Positions 35,747-41,771 of a DNA stretch of 41,771 bases are shown piece by piece. The notes below the pieces were generated by a model that saw only the letters and a program-made list of their open reading frames with translations, had not been told where the DNA came from and did not search any database. The stretch comes from Fibrobacterales bacterium (lineage in GTDB: Bacteria; Fibrobacterota; Fibrobacteria; Fibrobacterales; JAOPTW01). Location: NCBI GenBank assembly GCA_051532035.1, contig JAOPTW010000086.1:1-41771 (forward strand), written 5' to 3'. The position numbers and the translations under genes are program-made. How positions within the stretch are numbered: position 1 is the first letter of the stretch; every line of letters begins with the position of its first letter.

Positions 35747-37584
35747 TGAAAATGAAACTCCTTCTCCTTTGTGCTTTGATGGCAATGACTCTTTCGGCTG
35801 CAAATCTTGAAAAAGTGTATGCTGGTTGCGAAATTGGGTCGTGTTCGATTGATTTTTCGTTTGATTCAAATGGAAACCTTCCTCGTTATCATCAGAAATG
35901 GAATGAACGTGAAAATGAACTTCAGGTGCTTTTTAAGCAAACCACCTTTGGTTATAAGGATAAAAGTTTTAAGGTACCTGGTTCACAATGGCTTAAAAAT
36001 GTGTATGTTCACAATTACAGAAAAGGTACAGTTCGCTATCAGGTATTTCGGTTCCGCTTTATAAAAACACCAACATTTAACAAAGTACCCGTATCACTTA
36101 TCAACAATAGTGAATTCAAGTTCACTTTTAAAAATATATCTGTAGCGCATAAAGCATGGACCTTAAAGAGGGCGAGTAACGAAGTGCCTGTGGATATAGA
36201 TGAAGGAACTTTTAAGAAACAGACTGTTAAGGCTCAGGCAAAAAGTAACGATCAAGAAGTCGCTATTAAAGTACCAAAAGTTGTAGAGGCTAAAGTTACA
36301 GAGAAATCGATAGAAAAGAAACCTTCTGTTACTGGTGTTAAAGCAAAGAGTGCTCCAAAATCGATTAAAAAAACTATACCAGTACCGTCTTTAAAAGAAA
36401 ATAAGCAGGATGCCAATACATTCACTAAAATGAGTTATAGTAAGAACCGAAACTTGAAACGTTTTTATCTGAGCTTTTTAAAGCCTGACCTGCAATACAG
36501 CTACACCATCACACGTAATATAATTGAATTAACATTTACCCAGCTAAAATATACAGATGAAATAAAGAGCTTTTCTATTCCAACTAATGATATTGTTCGA
36601 AGTATAACCTATAACAAATCTCATAAGAAACAAACCATTCGAATTGTACTGCATGCTAATGGTGATCAATATAGACTCTTTAATTATGAGAATAAAATTA
36701 TACTTCAGTCCGTGACCAATAGTGTCCAGAATCAATTAGTATTTTGGAGTAACATAAATAGTAGAGAAGAATTTGTTCAAGCACCCGAAAAGCCAGAGAT
36801 ACCGGCAGCTTCATTAGAAGACTTTGAAAAGTCTCTTGATAACGACAGCGACACGACAATCAGTTTAGATAATACCTTTGCCCTTGGTGGAGGAGTGAAA
36901 GAGTTAATTGCTATTGGTGATAGAGTGAGTGTCCGGAGTAAACCTACAACAGCGTCTAAGGCTCTTGATTACCTAAACTTTGGGAAGCGAGTAACCTTTT
37001 TGGATATTCAAGACAATTGGTTTAAAATAACATATAACAATATGACAGGGTATGTTTTTAAAACACTTCTGTCTTATGAAGATAAATTGACCGAAGAGCA
37101 AGGACGTCGACTTATGAAACAGGTAAATGCGAGTTTCGCTCAATTGAAAAAGAGAGCCACAATAGCGCCAGAATTAGCATTGACTGTACAAGAAGTTGCC
37201 AATAATAAAGTTGATGAGCCTGTTGGGGTAGATCTTCATGCAAATAGTGCTCCTGTTGCAATTGATGAAATTATTGCTGATGACTCATCGGAAAAAATTA
37301 AGTATTCTACTTTTGGACGTCGTGACCCATTTATCCCCGTTACCGGGCCAGATGATTCAGGGATTAATATCGATGGGGTTAAACTTGTTGGTATAATTTG
37401 GGATAAAATTTCACCAATAGCCATATTAGAAGATGTGCGAAATACAGGCGTCTCTTATACTTTGCAGGTTGGTGATAAAATTCTCAATGGCAAAGTTGAA
37501 AGAATTACCGCAACAGAAATTGTATTTCTTTTATCTGAGTTTGGTGTACAACGACAATATTCAATGGCATTGCCAGAAAATTAG
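35746..37584 (+). CDS. Extended PilP-like protein (N-terminal beta/AMIN-like domains, SH3b domain, C-terminal PilP-like domain)
   Basis: Signal peptide; SH3b-like VSVRSKPTT...LNFGKRV...WFKITYNNMTGYV; C-terminal GRRDPF...LVGIIWD...AILED...YTLQVGDKI.NGKVERIT; located between pilO and pilQ. Confidence 0.7.
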   Translation: MKMKLLLLCALMAMTLSAANLEKVYAGCEIGSCSIDFSFDSNGNLPRYHQKWNERENELQVLFKQTTFGYKDKSFKVPGSQWLKNVYVHNYRKGTVRYQVFRFRFIKTPTFNKVPVSLINNSEFKFTFKNISVAHKAWTLKRASNEVPVDIDEGTFKKQTVKAQAKSNDQEVAIKVPKVVEAKVTEKSIEKKPSVTGVKAKSAPKSIKKTIPVPSLKENKQDANTFTKMSYSKNRNLKRFYLSFLKPDLQYSYTITRNIIELTFTQLKYTDEIKSFSIPTNDIVRSITYNKSHKKQTIRIVLHANGDQYRLFNYENKIILQSVTNSVQNQLVFWSNINSREEFVQAPEKPEIPAASLEDFEKSLDNDSDTTISLDNTFALGGGVKELIAIGDRVSVRSKPTTASKALDYLNFGKRVTFLDIQDNWFKITYNNMTGYVFKTLLSYEDKLTEEQGRRLMKQVNASFAQLKKRATIAPELALTVQEVANNKVDEPVGVDLHANSAPVAIDEIIADDSSEKIKYSTFGRRDPFIPVTGPDDSGINIDGVKLVGIIWDKISPIAILEDVRNTGVSYTLQVGDKILNGKVERITATEIVFLLSEFGVQRQYSMALPEN

Positions 37585-37593
37585 GATAGGTGT

Positions 37594-38916
37594 ATGAAAA
37601 AAATTGTGGTATTGCTTTTATGGGTCTGTGTGTCACTACATGCACAGTTTGATGATGCATCCATCTATGCCGACGATGTTACCCTCGAAGGTGAAGGTGG
37701 TGAAGTCGTTCCTTTATATGACTTTAGTTTTGTTGGGACTGATTACAAATCGGCATTTCAAGCGATTTCGGTAGCCGCAAAAATTGATATATTACCTGAC
37801 CCTGATGTGACAGGGAGTTTAACGATCAAGGTAAAGGATAAGACATGGCAAGATGTTTTGAAAATCATTTGCGCTCTCCACGATCTAACTTGGGTTATTT
37901 CGGATAACTATATTCGAATTATGCGAACGAGCACTTATCAGAGAAAAGAAAAAGAGCGGAGAGAGCAACAACAAGAAATTGACAATCTGGCACAGCTTAT
38001 TCGTAGAACTTTTGCTATTAAGCATGCAAAAGCTGCAGATCTCCTCCCTGCCCTAAGAAGTTTAGTGTCGGCACGAGGCCGGATAGGGATTATTGAAAGA
38101 AATAATGCAATTATGGTCTATGATACAGAAGATAGGTTACTCGAGGTATTAAAAACACTGAAAGAACTAGATGTTGAGACCCGCCAGATTATGATTACCG
38201 CAAAAATGATTGTTGTAGATTCAAGACTTTATAGAGAATTGGGTATTGATTGGGGGACTCGGCTGGGACAAGGTAATACTGGATTGACTAATGATGGGGC
38301 ATTGCCTGCACGTGGAGCAGGTGACTCTCGTAGCCGTATGACTATGAACTCAACCCCCCAAGGGATGAATTCTCTTAACTCAATGAATACTGCTGCCTCA
38401 ATATCTTTGGGGCTTCTGGATGGTAATATTGGCGTAACTATTAATCAGATGATGCTGGATGAAAGAACCGAAATATTGGCAACACCACAAATTACAACAC
38501 TTGATCACGAAGAAGCTGAAATTTTTATGGGTGAGCGTATCTCATTAAGAGTTATTGATGCAGAGGGTCAGGCGGGGTATCAGGAACAGGAAGCGGGTAT
38601 TAAGCTTGTGGTAACACCTCATATTACTGGTGATAATAAAATATTAATGGAACTGAGACCAGAAAACACCACATTTAAAGTGAATGCAGAGGGACAACCC
38701 ATTTTTACTTCACAGGAAGCGCACACTAATGTAGTAGTTGCTGATGGTGAAACTGCTATTATTGCAGGTCTTACACAGAATGAAGAACAGAAAATTGAAT
38801 CTGGTATTCCGTTCCTTAAGGACATCCCTTTTCTTGGGTATCTCTTTAAGCATGAGCGCAAAGAGATAGTAAAGAAAGATCTGATCATTTTGGTAACGCC
38901 GCACGTTTCAAACTAA
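37594..38916 (+). CDS. pilQ: Type IV pilus secretin PilQ (short form)
   Basis: N0/N1 domains (VTGSLTI.V....WQ; IKHAKAAD; ERNNAIMV); secretin motifs QIMITAKMI, ATPQITTLD, GIKLVVTPHI and SGIPFLKDIPFLGYLFK. Confidence 0.9.
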   Translation: MKKIVVLLLWVCVSLHAQFDDASIYADDVTLEGEGGEVVPLYDFSFVGTDYKSAFQAISVAAKIDILPDPDVTGSLTIKVKDKTWQDVLKIICALHDLTWVISDNYIRIMRTSTYQRKEKERREQQQEIDNLAQLIRRTFAIKHAKAADLLPALRSLVSARGRIGIIERNNAIMVYDTEDRLLEVLKTLKELDVETRQIMITAKMIVVDSRLYRELGIDWGTRLGQGNTGLTNDGALPARGAGDSRSRMTMNSTPQGMNSLNSMNTAASISLGLLDGNIGVTINQMMLDERTEILATPQITTLDHEEAEIFMGERISLRVIDAEGQAGYQEQEAGIKLVVTPHITGDNKILMELRPENTTFKVNAEGQPIFTSQEAHTNVVVADGETAIIAGLTQNEEQKIESGIPFLKDIPFLGYLFKHERKEIVKKDLIILVTPHVSN

Positions 38917-38933
38917 TAATAACCTAATCAAAA

Positions 38934-38993
38934 ATATTCTCATAGACAATAAAAGCCGGATTACTATTCGGCTTTTATTGTCTATGAGAATAT
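38934..38993. terminator. Bidirectional terminator (25 bp perfect inverted repeat)
   Basis: ATATTCTCATAGACAATAAAAGCCG-gattactatt-CGGCTTTTATTGTCTATGAGAATAT between pilQ and the convergent GH-like gene. Confidence 0.88.
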
Positions 38994-39005
38994 GTAATTA
39001 CAGTA

Positions 39006-40007
39006 CTAAGAATTGATGGATTTCTCGTGGCATTCAGCAAAAGTGTTGGTCTGAGTTTCCCATACTTTATCAGGATCATCTGATCGTAACCAGCTTAGAT
39101 ATGCAGATCCTTTATATGACCAAGCAAAAATATTTCGTATACCGACGTTGAAAGCGGCCCATGTTGCTTGTTCTATTGAGTCTTCATTATTTTTTTGGAT
39201 GTGGTAATTCTTGATCCACATTTGAGGTTGTTTACCATATTTACTACAGAGGTCCATTATTTTACGAGACTCTCTCTGATAGGTTTGGCTTATGGTTTTA
39301 ATGCGCTCTCCCTTTTCCCAATAGGGGTCAGTACCGAGTTCGTCAACGGCTTCGAGCTGAGCAAAATTATCCCAATCAGAAATGCCATCATTGAATGTCG
39401 AAGGAAGTAAACAGACAGAGTTTCGCTTTTTATGATTTTTAACACGTTTAGTCATGATATCAAGAAATTCTAGGAGACTCTCTTCTCTGAATTCTATAAC
39501 ACTATTGGTAAGACTTCCGGGCATGGTATGCCCATATCTTTTCCTAAATTTCTTTTTACAGATGTCACAACAACAGGACCATTTATCTGGTGTGTCTTTT
39601 TCAAAATAGAAATGTGGCTCATCCCAAAAGACAGTCTCGATGTCACATGAACAGACAAAGTCAATCCATTCAAACATGTAAGCGTGGAAATCGAGGTTGT
39701 TAATGCATGATGCTACAGTAACTTCATCTCGATTATTTATTTGGGCCATTGATCTGTTACGGGCAGCAAGTTCAGAATATGCTTCTCCACCAAACACACG
39801 ACCAACACCCCATGGGTTGACATATACCTTGAGGCCTGACTTTGTAGAGAGTTGAATGATCTCTCTCATTGTCTCTTTATAATATTGGAAATCTTCTTCG
39901 GAAAAGGTGTGGAGAATATGAGTATACATTGAAGATGCAATAAGATTAACATCTACACGAACGAATTCAGGGTTACGAACCCCAAAGTAGGCAATTCCAG
40001 TTTTCAT
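39006..40007 (-). CDS. Glycoside hydrolase-like TIM-barrel protein
   Basis: Likely start MKTGIAYFG at 40007; FWDEPH acid/base-like motif, CCCDICKKKF Cys cluster as in GH42-like enzymes, GTDPYW; no signal peptide. Confidence 0.6.
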   Translation of the reverse strand: MKTGIAYFGVRNPEFVRVDVNLIASSMYTHILHTFSEEDFQYYKETMREIIQLSTKSGLKVYVNPWGVGRVFGGEAYSELAARNRSMAQINNRDEVTVASCINNLDFHAYMFEWIDFVCSCDIETVFWDEPHFYFEKDTPDKWSCCCDICKKKFRKRYGHTMPGSLTNSVIEFREESLLEFLDIMTKRVKNHKKRNSVCLLPSTFNDGISDWDNFAQLEAVDELGTDPYWEKGERIKTISQTYQRESRKIMDLCSKYGKQPQMWIKNYHIQKNNEDSIEQATWAAFNVGIRNIFAWSYKGSAYLSWLRSDDPDKVWETQTNTFAECHEKSINS

Positions 40008-40014
40008 GAGTGTC

Positions 40015-40479
40015 TTAAAAGTTAGAGATGGCTCGTGACCATTGAGGAGTAGCAGCTTGTTTAAAAAGATGCTCAAGAACCTCATTCCATTCGTTTTTGT
40101 CAACAGGCTTTTTTAACATAAATGCAGTTTTATCAATAGGAATCAAATCAGTATCTTCTACTAATTCAATAATCCAACACTCTGGAATACCTTCCCGAAG
40201 TTCTTTTGCAAATTTGCGTACTTGTTGATTTTTTAAAGAATGATCAATGATTACAAGAAATGGAGGGTTTCCTATATCTAGAGGAAGCTGTAATGACTTA
40301 CGAGCAAGTTCTACCGAATCACAGGTATAGACAGTCGGCTCAACATTTAATTTGTTACTGTTTATCCAATCAACAAGCCATGCAGAGATGTTTCGTATCT
40401 CTGATCCAAGTGGAGCTATCGCGATTATATGTCCCTGCAAAGTAAACCCTTTTAGGTTAGCACTTGTTGAAATATACAT
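40015..40479 (-). CDS. Degenerate receiver-domain-like protein
   Basis: PFLVIID, WIIELV and MLKKPVD fit receiver strands beta3-beta5; the N-terminal acidic pair is absent. Probable start at 40479. Confidence 0.55.
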   Translation of the reverse strand: MYISTSANLKGFTLQGHIIAIAPLGSEIRNISAWLVDWINSNKLNVEPTVYTCDSVELARKSLQLPLDIGNPPFLVIIDHSLKNQQVRKFAKELREGIPECWIIELVEDTDLIPIDKTAFMLKKPVDKNEWNEVLEHLFKQAATPQWSRAISNF

Positions 40480-40565
40480 ATTAACTATTTCTTTTTGGGT
40501 GAATTTACGAGAGCACATAAAATATTCACCTAGGAGAGTAAAACATATTTTCTACCTTACTATGT

Positions 40566-41555
40566 ATGAATGAGAATCAAAAAAACCAAAGTGGCGAGTT
40601 TGCCTTTATAGAGTTAATTAAACAAAAACTGCCCAAATATTCAAAAAAAAGCAATATTCATTTAGGAATCGGTGACGATTGTGCCGTTGTAACCCATACG
40701 CAAGGTCAATATGTTTATACAACTGATGCGATGGTTGAGGGCGTTCATTTTCGTTTAGATTGGTCTTCTATTACTGATGTAGTCTATAAAGCAGTCGTTG
40801 CAAATCTATCTGATGTAAATGCAATGGGAGGGGTACCTCATTCCATGCTCGTTACCGTGGGGATTCCGCGTACATGGTCATCTGATCAAAAAGAAGAGCT
40901 CGCTTATGCAATAGCCTCAGCGGCAACATTTTATGAAGTACCAGTAATTGGGGGCGACACTGTCTCTTCACATACTGCTTTTTTGTCCATAAGCATGACT
41001 GGTATTGTTGAAGGGAGTCTTCTGTTACGGAGTTCTGCTCTGCCTGGCCATTCAATATATGTAAGCGGTAGCTTGGGTGATTCCGCAGCTGGCCTTGATT
41101 TGCTTCAAAGTGGTATAAACGACAATATATGGGATGCATTAGTAATGGCGCATTGTAGGCCGAGCTTTCCTAGTAGATTGGGCAAATCACTTTCTCAGTT
41201 AAAAGTCGCTGTTGGTTGTATGGATATAAGTGATGGCCTTAGCTCAGAGCTGAACCATATTTCGGTTAAATCTGAGGTAAAAATGAGGGTATATGAAGAT
41301 TTAATACCCATTTCATCTCATTTATCTCAATTTTCACAAAAAGGTAGTGAAAGTTGCCGAAAATATTGGTTAAATGGAGGTGAGGAGTATCAGTTGTTGT
41401 TTACGATCGATGAATCAGCCAACGGATTCAGAGAATTGGTTCAGCAATATTCACTCACGAAAATAGGTGAGGTACTCCAAGGAACAGGGGTCTTATTAGT
41501 AGATCATAGCGGGAAGGAGCAGGAGGTCAGCTCTAATGCCTTTACCCATTTTTAG
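40566..41555 (+). CDS. thiL: Thiamine-monophosphate kinase
   Basis: GEFAFI, GIGDDCAV, DAMVEGVHF, ANLSDVNAMGG, IGGDT, MDISDGL and GGEEYQLLFT motifs. Confidence 0.95.
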   Translation: MNENQKNQSGEFAFIELIKQKLPKYSKKSNIHLGIGDDCAVVTHTQGQYVYTTDAMVEGVHFRLDWSSITDVVYKAVVANLSDVNAMGGVPHSMLVTVGIPRTWSSDQKEELAYAIASAATFYEVPVIGGDTVSSHTAFLSISMTGIVEGSLLLRSSALPGHSIYVSGSLGDSAAGLDLLQSGINDNIWDALVMAHCRPSFPSRLGKSLSQLKVAVGCMDISDGLSSELNHISVKSEVKMRVYEDLIPISSHLSQFSQKGSESCRKYWLNGGEEYQLLFTIDESANGFRELVQQYSLTKIGEVLQGTGVLLVDHSGKEQEVSSNAFTHF

Positions 41556-41569
41556 AGAGGAGTGTAACT

Positions 41570-41771
41570 GTGGATTCTAATGCAGTAAACCGGACTAAGA
41601 TCGGTGAATTACTGGTGAGCCAGGAAGTTATAACTGATGAACAATTGGAGCATGCCCTAGAGGAGCAAGAGCGGACAGGACTGCTTCTTGGTAAGACCTT
41701 AGTGCTTTTGGGCTATGTAGAAGATGATGCACTCTCTGCTATTTTAGGCAACCAACTTCAAATACAACAAA
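41570..41771 (+). CDS. 5' fragment of an MshEN-domain protein, probably a PilB/GspE family ATPase (runs off the window; not in the ORF track)
   Basis: GAGGAG RBS and GTG at 41570; translates as MDSNAVNRTKIGELLVSQEVITDEQLEHALEEQERTGLLLGKTLVLLGYVEDDALSAILGNQLQIQQ, i.e. two MshEN half-motifs. Confidence 0.8.
   Translation, partial: MDSNAVNRTKIGELLVSQEVITDEQLEHALEEQERTGLLLGKTLVLLGYVEDDALSAILGNQLQIQQ

Noticed and set aside
40480..40565. TPP riboswitch upstream of thiL
   Set aside because: The intergenic region is short, AT-rich and lacks the conserved CTGAGA core.

Overview
AT-rich bacterial chromosomal segment, probably FCB superphylum and most likely Fibrobacterota (inferred from the S21 sequence and T9SS-type C-terminal domains, not searched). 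From left to right: two large paralogous secreted surface proteins with T9SS/FlgD-Ig-type tails, comF, a degenerate REC-GGDEF protein, tRNA-Ser(UGA), dapL, a GAF/HD-GYP phosphodiesterase, yqeY, rpsU, a SPOR lipoprotein, rimO and a REP/MITE-like palindromic repeat. Next comes a 7-gene minus-strand cluster whose last four genes resemble a highly divergent Zorya type III anti-phage system (ZorF-like, ZorA, ZorB, ZorG/DUF2894-like). The rest is trxB, gltBD, two small hypotheticals, tRNA-Pro(GGG), a membrane PilZ protein, a pilMNO(P)Q operon with an enlarged PilP and a short PilQ, a GH-like TIM-barrel protein, a pseudo-receiver, thiL and the 5' end of an MshEN-domain PilB/GspE-type gene. The strongest candidate for a novel system is the Zorya-III-like locus (17190-21277), possibly extended by three upstream genes (21335-23431). 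No CRISPR array, integrase or transposase was seen. All family assignments come from motif recognition by eye.
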